Source of the DNA: Eutreptiella sp. 'Long Island Sound 2002'
Lineage: Eukaryota; Protista; Euglenida
Reading direction: 5' to 3'
Length of the DNA stretch: 64,000 bases
Assembly (NCBI GenBank): GCA_964036045.1
Contig: OZ038378.1
Coordinates: forward strand, 17,112,001 to 17,176,000
This document shows positions 34,452-45,800 of this stretch, in pieces (position 1 is the stretch's first letter; the number at the start of each line of letters is the position of its first letter). Position numbers and translations under genes: made by a program. The notes below the pieces were generated by a model that did not search any database, was not told where the DNA came from, and worked only from the letters and a program-made list of their open reading frames with translations.

Positions 34452-35308
34452 GTCTGGCACCTGCTCGTTTCGATACCTGAGCCCTGCATGCAGTGACCTC
34501 CCACCTCGACTTGCGAACCACAGGGAGAACCGGACGTCCTACACGTGGCTTCTGCTGGTGACCACTTTGGGCGTGAAACTTCGCTTATTAATTTGGTTCT
34601 GAAACTTTCCTAAAATCGTCCTTTGCAGACTGGGGAGTTTTGGGGGTCACCTTGTTGCATGTCATCAAGAGTTTAGGAACACGCAAAATTGCATAGCCTG
34701 AGTTTGTATCGCAGGCCCATGGGTTTGTGATACTTATGTAGCAAACCTACGCACAATGCCAGTCTCCCAAGAAGACAGGCAGGAAATGTGGGTCATACAA
34801 AGTGAAGCCATGGCACAATTGGAGGGATCCGCATTGTAGGACTCAATGATCTACATCCAGCTGTTTGATGTTGAGGAACAGTCGGGAAGAAGTGCAAGCG
34901 ACTTTTCCATGGGACCTGTGATGACCATGCAGCGGAAGGCGTGCATAACATGGGCACACTTCATGCTGCAAATTGATCCAACAGGTCATCCGGCTGCACC
35001 GCCTTTTCATTAGCTTGCCACCAACACCGCATACCTGTCAACAGGCCGTTGGGGATACATTGTTGCGTCATGTTATGTCATTTCTGATTAGTAATCACCA
35101 GCCCCTCCACCGTTCCCCCATTCAAAAGCAACATTATAGTATCCACCCCTCGTTGTCCAGGCGATTGTTCGCCTACTGTGTACCGTCTGCATCTTTTGAC
35201 CATTTTTCACAGTTTCTTCTACAAGTTTACAAGTTTGTATTGATGAGCTTTTCTTCATGATCATTCCTCCATTTTTCTTTCCCCCACAGCACCTGCCCTT
35301 TCCTGCAG

Positions 35309-35656
35309 TTGATTGTGGAGTCCAACAGCCTCATCACGGAGATTGAGACAGAGATCCGCCGTGTGCACAAGTTCACAAAGGACCACTATAATCTGAAGTT
35401 TCCGGAGCTGGAGTCGCTGATTATGCAGCCCATCGACTACGCAAAGGTTGTTAAGTTGCTGGGCAACGAGATGGACAGTACTAATGTGAATCTGGACGGC
35501 ATCATTCCCCCGCACACCGTCATGGTGGTCAACGTCACCAACTCTACAACGTCTGGGAGGAAACTGGAGGACGACGAATTGGCACGCGTTATCGAGGCCT
35601 GCGATGAAATGATTGAATTGGATGAGGCCAAAACTACAATTTTGGAGTACGTACAG
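35309..35656 (+). CDS. PRPF31: Prp31 exon 2 (coiled-coil/NOSIC region)
   Basis: Acceptor ccctttcctgcag|TTG; LIVESNSLITEIETEIRRVHKFTKDHYNLKFPELESLI...EACDEMIELDEAKTTILEYVQ; donor CAG|GTCTCT; 348 nt, phase 0-0; FPELESL is a Prp31/Nop hallmark. Confidence 0.95.
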
Positions 35657-36984
35657 GTCTCTGGCATGCTGGCGTAACATCTGTGGTAACATCTGTGCCG
35701 CCTCCAATTTCCTGCAGTGCGGCGTACCCCCTTCAGCACCCTTCCCATAAACTAACATCACCCAACAACCCTAACCCTAACCTCTGAAGTACACTATTCA
35801 GCCCCCCCCGCCCCCGCATCCCGCATCTTTCTCGAACAGTTGGTAAGTCAGAGGGGGCGATTGTTTCGAAGTCTTTTTCAAGGAAATCTTTGGCAGACTG
35901 TCATGTATCGCTCCAAGGCCCCCGTGCTCCGCTCAACGACTTTGTTAACCAGGTCAGTGTTCGGAGGATCCGTCCACACTGTTCGTCTGCAGCCGGACAT
36001 TCTATTTTGACTTGAAAATGTGCGTGTGATTGTACCCAGGGTGTCCACCGCCCGCCCCCCCTCGTGCAAGACCAAAGGACAGCAATGCAGCTCAGACCAG
36101 ATGCACGGTGGGCAGTCCATACACTGTGCCACTCAGCATCAGCCACCAGCAGTGTGCAGGGTTCCTGCATCACGCTGTAAAGCTGGTTTATTGATACTTG
36201 TTGCATTTCATGGTGATTGCACGTGCACAGCAGGCGCACAGCACTGCATAGCTGTCACACAGCCAGTGCAGCAACACACCCCGGGCACAGTGGACGCAGG
36301 GTGTGCAGCAGGCGGCAGGGCCTTTGAAAAAAATTTTCTCTTTTTCTCCCACGTTCAAACGATAGCTTGAAACAGACTTGCCGTCTTGTTTTCATAATCC
36401 TATTTTGGTGGCCCCAGTACAGAGGGGGATGCGCAGCCAGTCGGCCCCTCCCACTTCGTGTGTGTGTGGGGGGGGGGGGATACAGCAGGTGCTATGTAGT
36501 CATATACTTTGCTCTTCTTTGGTGTGGCCCCAATACACAGGGGATCCGTAGCCAGTTGGTCCCTCCGCCTCAATTCCCCAATACATTTTCTGGCCTTCAG
36601 TGTCACGCAAAAAGTGTTGCCCACATGCAGAAACACAGCAACGAGCTAAAATTTGGTCCCCCCCCCCCGCTTCCAAGGCTCCAGGGTTCAACCCTCCCAC
36701 CCTCACGGGGGGGCGGTCGGGCCCGGTCCTTGTATGCGACACCCCTCAGCCCCCCCCCCCCCCCTGGGTTTTGAGAGATAGTGGTGTTGGGGCCATGGCA
36801 ACGGCGCGGAAGTTTTTATGTGCATGCTTCCCTTTCATCAAACCATCCATGTTTTGAGCACCACAATAGCAAGACAAGGCAAACGTCGTTTGTTGTAAAG
36901 TGAAAGATCACCACAACCACTGTGGACACACCTACCCATCTGCAGCCCCTGCTTCACAACAGCCACCAGCAGCTTCCCCAAACC

Positions 36985-37420
36985 CGCCCCAGACACACAT
37001 CCCCCCTGGAGGTATGCATTTGGTAGTAGTGGGTCGTGTGTAGGCCCCCCACCTTGGGACCCCCCCCCCCATGGGCGAACCCCCTCCCCACACCCTCCGG
37101 CCGACCCCCCCCCCCCAGACCCTCCAGTCGACCCCCCCCCCCCCACACCCTCCAGCCGACCCCCCCGTCGTGACCCCCTGGCCCGGCTAACGCAGACCGG
37201 CCACAGCCGGGCCGGGGCGGGTCCTGCAGCCTCCCACCGCCTTCCGCCCCGTGCCGAGGAGGCCCTGCAGGGGGGGCGGGTGTCGTGATCCCTGGCCCGG
37301 CTAACGCAGACCGGCCACAGCCAGGTCGGGGTGGGTCTTGCTGCCTCCCACCGCCTTCCCCCCCCTGCCACGGAGCGCCCTGCGGGGGGGGGGGGGGGGG
37401 CGGAAGTCGTGACCCCCAGG
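36985..37420. repeat. Interspersed GC-rich repeat with ~114-bp internal duplication
   Basis: cctggcccggctaacgcagaccggccacagcc.gg.cgggg.gggtc.tgc.gcctcccaccgccttcc occurs twice; the block gagg(t/c)atgcat..ggtagtagtgggtcgtg is shared with ~53635. Confidence 0.75.
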
Positions 37421-39362
37421 CAGTGCAGCACAGCACGCACAATGCAGTGCAGCACAGCACGCACAGTGCACTGCGGCACAACCCAGCACACACAGTGCAG
37501 TGAGGCACAGCACACATGTGCAGTGCGGCACGACACACACAGAACAGGGCTGCGCAGCACGCACAGTGCAGTATAGCACAGCACCACAGTGCAGAGCAGT
37601 GCGCAGCACAGAGCAGAGCAGTGTAGCACAGCACACACAGCGCAGTGCAGTGCACAGCACGATGCAGTGCAGCACAACACACACACTGCAGTGCAGTGTG
37701 CAGTGCAGCACAGCTCAGCACAGCTCACGCAGTGGAGTGTGGCACAGCACACACCGTGCGGTGCAGCACGGCACACACGGTGTCGTGCAGCACAGCGCAC
37801 AGTGCAGCACAGCTCAGCACAGCTCACACAGTGGAGTGTGGCACAGCACACACCGTGTGCGGTGTAGCACAGCACACAGAGTGCCGTACAGCACATCATG
37901 CACAGTGCAGTGCTGCGTGGCCTGCACCGTGCGGGGCAACGAAGAGCGCAGTCCCGTGTCGTGCGGTGCAGCACCACACGCACAGTGCAGCGCAGCACAG
38001 CTCGCACAGTGCAGTGCAGTGCGCAGCACAGTGCGCTGCTGCACAACATAGCACACGCAGTGCAGGGCGGCACAAAACACACGTGCGGTGCGGCACAACG
38101 CACACAGTGCAGAACAGCACACCATGCACAGTGCAGTGCGGTGCGCAGCACAGTGCAGTGCGGCACGGCACGCACAGTGCAGTGCAGTGCGCAGCACAGA
38201 GCAGTGCAGCGCAACACGCACAGCGCAGTGCAGTGTACAGCACAGTGCAGTGCAGCGCAGCGCGCACAGGGCAATGCTGCACGGCACAGCGCACACAGTG
38301 CAGTGCAGCATAGCTCACGCGTGCAGTGCGGCACCGCACACACAGTGCCGTGCAGCACAGCATGCACAGTGCGGTGCCGCAAAGCCAGCACTGTGCAGTG
38401 CCACGGGGTGTGCAGTCCTATGCCATGCAGTGCAGCACAACACACACAGTACAGGACAGCGCAGCTCACGCAGTGCATTGCAGTGCAGCACAACACACAC
38501 AGTGCAGTGCAGCACGGCGGGCACAGTGCAACACATCACAGCACAACACACATAGTGCAGTGTAGCACAGCACACGCAATGTAGTGCAACACAGCACACA
38601 CGTGCAGTGCGGCACATCACGCCCAGTGCCGTGTAGCACAGCATGCACAGTGCAGTGCTACACAGCCAGCACCGCGTAGAGCAACATAGCGTGCGGTCCC
38701 ATGCCGTGTAGTGCAGCGCGGCACACAGAGTGCAGCGCAGCACGGCTCGCACAGTGCAGTGCAGTGCACGGCACACTGCAGTCCAGCACAGGACACACAG
38801 CGCAGTGCAGTGCACGGCACAGTGCACTGCAGCAAAGCTCACAGAGTGCAGTGCAGTACAGCACACACAGTGCAGTGCAGTGCAGTGCGCACCACAGTGC
38901 AGTGCAGTACGGCACACACAGCGCAGTGCGACACGGCACGCACAGTGCAGTGCAGCATTGCATGCACAGTGCGGCACAGCGCAATGCTGCACAGCACAGC
39001 ACACACAGTACGGTGTGGCACAGCACACACAGGGCAGTGCAGCACGGGGCGCACAGTGCAGTGCGGTGCGGCACAACACGCAAGGTGGGGTGCAGCGCGC
39101 ACAGTGCAGTGCAGCACAGCACGACACACATAGTGAGGTGCGGCACAGCACGCACAGAGGAGCACGGCGCGCATAGAGCAGCACAGCACAGCTCAGCACA
39201 CACAGTGCAAAACGGCACGGCACACACAGTGCGGTGCAGCACGGCGCACGCGGGCAGTGTAGTGGGCAGCACGGTGCAAGGCAGCACGGCACGCATAGTG
39301 CCATGCGGCACAGAGCAGTGCAGCACTGCACACACGGTGCAGTACAACGCAGCACACACGCA
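37421..39362. repeat. ~1.9-kb degenerate (CAGTG/CAGCA/CA) satellite in PRPF31 intron 2
   Basis: Direct reading; source of the Cys-rich and Gln/Ser-rich ORFs on both strands. Confidence 0.97.
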
Positions 39363-39532
39363 CGTGGGACCCCCCCACCCTACCCAGGGCACGGCGCTGC
39401 GGCCTGCCCCCCCCCCCCCCGGCCCGTGGACGCGGACGGGGTGTGCATCGCATGCATGGCCGGCTGATATGCAGAGTCGTCGGGAAAGCCATCGTGCGCC
39501 CCCCAGGCGGCCTGTGAGCCTCAAGATCAGCT

Positions 39533-40075
39533 GGTGGCGGTCGGCAGTGGTTGGCAGTTGGCGGTTGGTCGCCGCTGGCGGTTGGCGGCGGTTGGTGGTT
39601 GGCGGTTGGTGGCGGTTGGCGGTTGGCGGTTGGTGGCGGTTGGCAGTTGGCGGTTGGTGGCGGTTGGCAGTTGATGGGAGTTGGTGGTTGGCGGGTGGTC
39701 CCTTGGGGGGATCCTTAGCAAAAAAAAATATGGTCCCTGAAGGACTGCCCTGGCGCCACTGGACCGTGTTTCATTGGGGTTTACAGTGCGCAGAGAAAAA
39801 AGAAAAAAAAAGAAAGGGTGGGCACGGGGGGGCGACTACAACCGAGCCTGATGCGACACCCCTCCAGCTATCTGTTAAAACCTGTGGGGGGGGGGGCTGG
39901 TGGGCAGTTGGGGGGGGGGGGCTGATTTGATTTGATTTGATTTGATTTGATTTGAGGGCCACCAATCACTAACCACCAACCGCCGCCAACCACCACCAAC
40001 CGCCACCAACCGCCAGTTGCCAACTGCCAACCGCCAACCGCCGCCAACCACCAACCGCCAACCGCCACCAACCAT
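39533..40075. mobile_element. Foldback-like element with (GGCGGTT/GGTGG)n inverted arms and internal (ATTTG)n
   Basis: Left arm 39533-39700, reverse-complement arm 39961-40072; (ATTTG)6 near 39925-39954. Confidence 0.6.
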
Positions 40076-40811
40076 GGTTGAGCACAAGGAGTGCCCGTGG
40101 GCTTTTTTGGGAAAACTGGTACCGGAACACTTTTTTTTTTTCCGTTAAGGACCGCCCTGAGTGGCGCATTTCTGGCACGTGCCTCAGGTGCAGCATTTTG
40201 TGGCTGCCCTGGATAAGTGCCGGTGTGTAGATGGGAGCTTGAACTTCAGGGGCTAGATGGGCAGGAATGTGGAAATCTGTGTGCATGAGTGCTGCGCACT
40301 CCAGTCATAGGTCATTTTGGTGAGACAGTGGGCGATACTCTTGTTGCATTACAGAGTCCTAGTGCTCCAGCAAGTGGGCCCACCACTTCACAATCACATA
40401 AACACGTTCTGCCTTCGTACGATGCTGTTGCTGCTGCTCAAGGCAAGGTTTCGAATTCATTGCTCTTTATCTCGCCAAAGGCACAGTGTTGGGTGTGTAT
40501 GTTTGGTGTGTGCGTGTTTTTTTGGGGGGGCTCAGTGTGCTCTGCACTTTCAGAAACATCCGTCGTGCTCCAAGTGTTGCAGAAAGGCGCCGAGTGCATG
40601 TCCTGAACTGCTCCTCTGCCTGTCCTTCTTGACACGTACCTGATTAGGCCAAGTACATCTGGGCTGCTTTGACACAGTGCGTTTTTGTTGCGTATGTCGT
40701 ATGTGTGTGGGGGGGGGGTTGCGTACATGTGCGGTTTGTGCCGGTCGTGTGTGGGGACTGTGAAGTAGGCCTGCGGGGCTTGTGGAGCTCACGTTCCCTT
40801 CCCTGCCACAG

Positions 40812-41159
40812 AGCCGCATGAACGTCGTGGCGCCAAACCTGAGCGTCATCGTGGGCACGGCGATCGCTTCGCAGCTCATCGGCATTGCCGGGGGACTGCA
40901 CAAGTTGTCCAAACTGCCCGCAAACGTAATCCAGACGCTGGGCAAGGCGAGGAAGACGCTGGGGGGGTTCTCCGCCAGCACGAGTATCTTCCATGGCGGG
41001 TTCCTCTTGGCGTGTGATCTGGTGAAGAAGGAGGCAGACATCAAGATCCGGCGCCGCGCCCTCAGGCTGGTGGCTGGGAAGGTAGCCCTGGCGGCGCGAG
41101 TGGACGCTACCACCATTTACGTGCAGAAGACGGACACACACGGAATCAAGTACCGGGAG
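40812..41159 (+). CDS. PRPF31: Prp31 exon 3 (Nop domain)
   Basis: Acceptor ccctgccacag|AGC; SRMNVVAPNLSVIVGTAIASQLIGIAGGLHKLSKLPANVIQTLG...RRRALRLVAGKVALAARVD...GIKYRE; donor GAG|GTCCGA; 348 nt, phase 0-0. Confidence 0.95.
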
Positions 41160-41632
41160 GTCCGATTGGGAGGGAGGAGCTGTAAGGGGCCAGTCATGGC
41201 GAGGGCTGTGACATGCGAGGGCTGGTGCCATTGCTACACGGATTGCAGGCCTAGGGGTGATTTGAATTATGGCGATGGTCATGCTGACCTTAGGTGCAGT
41301 GGTATGTGTCGGTCATAATTGTGGCAATGATGTTTATGGTGGTATGACGTTGTGTATATGGCTCTGGTTGCGGATGTTGCAGTTGCGATTCTGGATGATT
41401 ACAATTGTTTTTGTTGTTTGGTGTGGGTTTGTGTTTGTGGTCGTGGCAGTAGGTGAGGAGTCTTAGTGTGGGTTTCCATATGTAAGGGTGTGGATGTGGG
41501 CTTCGGTATAGTGAGGGTGTGTGGGCGGGTGTAGGTATCGGTGAGGGTGTTTTTCGAACATGGGTCCACGCTACGAGACAGTGGCTTTGAATGTGACAAC
41601 ACTTGGAACCATGACCGTCACTTCTATTCCAG

Positions 41633-41821
41633 GAGATCGAACGGAAGATCCTGAAGTGGAAAGAGCCGCCACCCCCCAAACAGGAGAAGCCGCTGCCTGC
41701 TCCTGACGACCGCACCCGCAACAAGCGCGGCGGGAAGCGGGCGCGTCTGGCGAAGGAGCGGTACCGTGTGACGGAGATGGCGAAATACGCGAACCGCGTC
41801 GAGTTTGCTGGTGATGGCGAG
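41633..41821 (+). CDS. PRPF31: Prp31 exon 4
   Basis: Acceptor cttctattccag|GAG; EIERKILKWKEPPPPKQEKPLPAPDDRTRNKRGGKRARLAKERYRVTEMAKYANRVEF, matching the Prp31 EPPP..KPLPAP..KRGG.R motif; donor GAG|GTGCAA. Absent from the ORF track because it has no start codon. Confidence 0.95.
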
Positions 41822-42547
41822 GTGCAACGCCCCTGCGTTTCCTCATTCTGTGTAAACTTTGCTGTACCTGGGACATTGTGTTGACATATGCGGTTGGGGT
41901 AGGGGCTGGGCCAGCACAGCAAAACAACACATCATCCCCAGTGAGCAGTGCACACCAAACGTACGGCCTAGCGCGGCGCCACCAAGACATGGAACTGCCA
42001 GTTTCCATGGTTCGACAAAATGCGGAACGCTCGTGTTCTTTGGATGAGGTCATGTTTGTGCAAGGGGGGGCAGAGGGGTAGGGGGTTGCAGAACGGTGCA
42101 ATGGAAGCGGGTGGTACACAGTTGGGGGCACTGCAACGGGTTGTGCGGGATTGGACCAGGGTTAGATGCAACCAGCTGCACAGGGGTGATCGAGGAGCGG
42201 AGAGGGCTGCAGATGTTGTACAGGGGGGGGGGGGGGTTGTAGGTTGTCAAACAGAATGTGAGGTCCATCCCACCGCAGCCCTCCGCTCAACTACAAATCC
42301 TTCTACCTACTCAGGCTTTCGATCCATGCACAATCCCCAGACCACTGGAGCCCTTTTTCCATCTGCCACGGCTCTCTGATCTGATCCAGCCACTGCCGAT
42401 TCAATGGAACAGCGACTGTTACATCAACAGCATCACATAAGCCCACCAAAGGTTGCAGGAGACATGCCATGACTGCAAGCACATCCGTCCGCCACCCATA
42501 TGTTTTTATCTGCGACCCAGCCCTCATCCCTCCACAATTCTCCTCAG

Positions 42548-42856
42548 GTGGTGACACAGGATGGCAAGCAAACGAATATGTTAGGCAGAATGGGGTCAGG
42601 GATGCTGCGGCAGCGTGTGGAGACGCGCGTCAAGAGCAAGAAGGCCAAGCTGGCAGTGGAGGCAGCGAAGAAACCAGGGTCCGGGAGGGACGCCTCCGGC
42701 CTGTCCTCCTCCCTGGTGTTCACGCCCATTCAGGGCCTCGAGCTGCCGGCGCAGGCAGAGAAGAAGGTGGAGATTGGGGGTAGTAAGTACTTCTCTGCGA
42801 CTCAGGGCTTTAAGACCCCAGCTCCTCGCACCCCAAAGCCTACGTTTAATTTCTAA
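42548..42856 (+). CDS. PRPF31: Prp31 exon 5 (C-terminal, stop)
   Basis: Acceptor tcctcag|GTG; ...GRDASGLSSSLVFTPIQGLELPAQAEKKVEIGGSKYFS...TAA at 42854-42856, matching Prp31 SG.ASS..FTP.QGLE...KYFS. Spliced total 480 aa. Confidence 0.95.
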   Translation: MVTQDGKQTNMLGRMGSGMLRQRVETRVKSKKAKLAVEAAKKPGSGRDASGLSSSLVFTPIQGLELPAQAEKKVEIGGSKYFSATQGFKTPAPRTPKPTFNF

Positions 42857-45800
42857 GGGAATGTGATGGCACACAGTATTGAGGTGGTAACCCGCCCAGG
42901 GTGAACGTTGTGCCATAAGATACAATGACACTCTGGCCTGGAGCAGCCCTACCCTCAACACCTACACTCAACGCTGACACCCAATACCTGTGCCATCCAC
43001 CCTCCAATTTTCTTGCGCTGCCACAGGGACGTCTGGGGGTGTCAAGGCGCATGTCTGAGACCTTAATTGTGGGGTTGTGTGTGTGTTTCTGTGTTTGTGG
43101 GATGTGCCTGGTACAGGTATTGAAGGGACACGGCGGGCTAAGCAGGGCTGTGGAGACATGTAGAGGGATAAGGGCTGCAGAGGTATGTGGAAAGTCCACG
43201 TGTTGAGAGGTAAGGGACCTGCCGAGCTATTGGTTCAGCCGTGCGGGGCTGAGTGCCCTCGCGTGGGAGACGTTTGTCAACCGCCTCTGAGGACTGTGCA
43301 GATATGTGGAAGTTCACGGAGAGTTTTGGAGGGCCGTGGGGGTATGTTGAGGTGTGTAGGGTTGGGGATTGAGCTGCGAAGGAGGGCAGCGTTCGCCAAC
43401 AGCTCAGAAGGGCTGTGGAGGGTCATGGAGGATTTTCCGAATCCTCTACTTATGTTTTCCTGGGGTACAGACACCTACCCTCTCTGCATGCCCTGTTGCA
43501 TCACCTGGTGGGTGCAACACTGCGATGCTACCGCTGTGTTAGAGCCTGTAGGGCCCCGACTCAATAACCCGTTCGTTGCCTGGAACCATTTTGTGAACCT
43601 AACAACCTGTGTTCAAGTGCACCCCATTTGTGCTGGTACTTGAGACTCTTTCCATGCTCCCTTGGGGCTGGAAGGGCACAGCCCTTCGATCACAGCCCTC
43701 TGACCCCAGATTTGCACCAGAATGACCTCAATGTATGGGAGGAGCTCACACCCAAGAGCATGTGTGGGAACAGCTCTCAATGGCGCAATGCCCCCCTCAA
43801 AAGAAGGGGGAGGGGATCACAGATCAGACCGCACCCGCCGGCCCCCCGATGCATGTCAGCTTTGCAGGCACATGCCAGGGATTTCCGACCGTGGGGTGAC
43901 AGGGGCGCTCCCCTGCTTTACTGTCGGGCAGCCGGTGTGGCTATTGCACATTGGCAGGTTGGCTTAAGGACTAAGCAGCTGGTGTGCAGCCGCCAGTGCA
44001 AAAGGATCTCAGTGGACAGTCTGGCTGCTGAAAAGGATGCTGTGCCCCCCAAAGCGTCGCTGGTAGCAGACCCCATTTCAAACCCTCTGCTAATTATGCC
44101 ACCCTGACACAACAGTAAGTTGGAATTGTATGAGCTTGTGCCTCAAGATACCAGACCCCCAGCCCCCGATCATGTGATGTGCTGACGCATGGCGCATGCA
44201 TCATGGCACACGGCATATGGCACAACACGGGACAGCATCGGGTGCTGTTGTCCACACAACTACTCTCCACACGGCCCATGAAAGTACCCGGATCCACAAG
44301 CGTGAGCGTGCACCAAATCCAACCCGTTGCTCTGGCATGCAAAAGGCTGCAGTTTAACTGAAAGCCCCTGTGCTCCGGTGCACAGGGCTGCACTGGACCC
44401 GCAAGCCCTTGTGCATTGGAACACCGGGCTGTCACTGGGCTGCGAGCCAGCGTGCTCCTGTGCACACGAGTCCCAATCCAAGCCCTCTTGACCCTCTTGG
44501 GAGGATTGTTGATTAATGCAGGTATCAGTGCAAATGACAGATGCGCTTCGTATTTAATACTTCCCAAGGTTGTGTCTTTTGCTGTGGTAAGTGATCTGAC
44601 TAGCGCCGGGACTGCGTTTGGGGGATACTCTGGCACATGCAGTGCAACTGCGGTGGGATGCAGTGCCGCAGGCATCAAGGGGCCCACGGAAATTATATTC
44701 ATGGCAGGGGCATCAATGCCCCTTGCATTTAGTGCCTCCTGATGCTTCCAATGGACTCTGCGAGGAATGGGTGTGAAAGTGCAATTTCCAAATCCTTCCC
44801 TGAAACGATGGGTGTGTGCTCAGCATTTGCATCGAACCCAATGCAACTTCGTGCGCCATTTTAGAGCATGTGGATCCACCAAAAATGGCGCTGACCCCAA
44901 ATTGTTCCTCCACCAGCAACCAACGGCATTTGACCTCTAGATGATGGCTTACCCCAAGCAGAACCTCTCAGTAATGCTCAGCAACTGTCTCTACAATGGC
45001 GGTTCTGGAACAAGGAGCTTTCATGTCTCAGATCCAAAGTTTGTACCCGTCGCAGACGGACAAACGGCCTACATTGGGTCCCACAGGGCGTGCAGCCGAC
45101 ACGGGGGGCTTGGAGCTGTTGGACAAGGAGAGAGGGGTCCCCCCCCCCCCCCCGGCGCCTGAAACAACTGATTCTACACATTCGGACCACGTCATTCTAA
45201 CTCAACACAGTGTTTGACCAGCGGTTGTTGCGAAATGCACTGTCCACACCGCGACGCAACCGCCAGGGCGGGCAGCGGGAAACGAGGTTTGCAAGGGCGG
45301 GCGGTTGGGGGAGGGGGCGTTTGAGCAACCTTTCCAGACGGCCGCCCCTCTCTTTTTGATGTTGGGGGGCTCAAAAGGCCAGAAGGCGGGTTGGCAATGG
45401 GGGGTTGCAGGGGGTCTATGGTACCCCAACATATGCCCCACGTCGATGGTTTTGAGGGAAAGCCCCACCTCTTTTAACATCGCACGTCAGAAAGGTGTCA
45501 TTCGTTACAGTTTATCGTCTTGTGTGCTGTTTTGGGGTCAATGCCCCGTTCCATTGCATTCTGTGCCCTGAAAGCAGGTGGATGACCACTCCTTTACGCC
45601 CTGTCCAGGGGCAAAATATAGGTGGTCAAAACAATATCACGCGCATGATGATAAAAGGGCGAGGGGTTTAGGTATCATGCGGGGGAATTTTTGTCCACAG
45701 CTTTCCTCCGGGGCTGCAATGCAGCCCCGTCATCCCACGGCCCTGTCATTCAGGCTCGAGATTACCACCCAGTCCACAAGAATGAAGCAGGAGTTATACT

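Noticed and set aside
36838-39930. Cys-rich and Gln/Ser-rich ORFs up to 552 aa (keratin-associated or metallothionein-like appearance)
   Set aside because: Translations of the CAGTG/CAGCA satellite inside PRPF31 intron 2, open on both strands; no coding signal.
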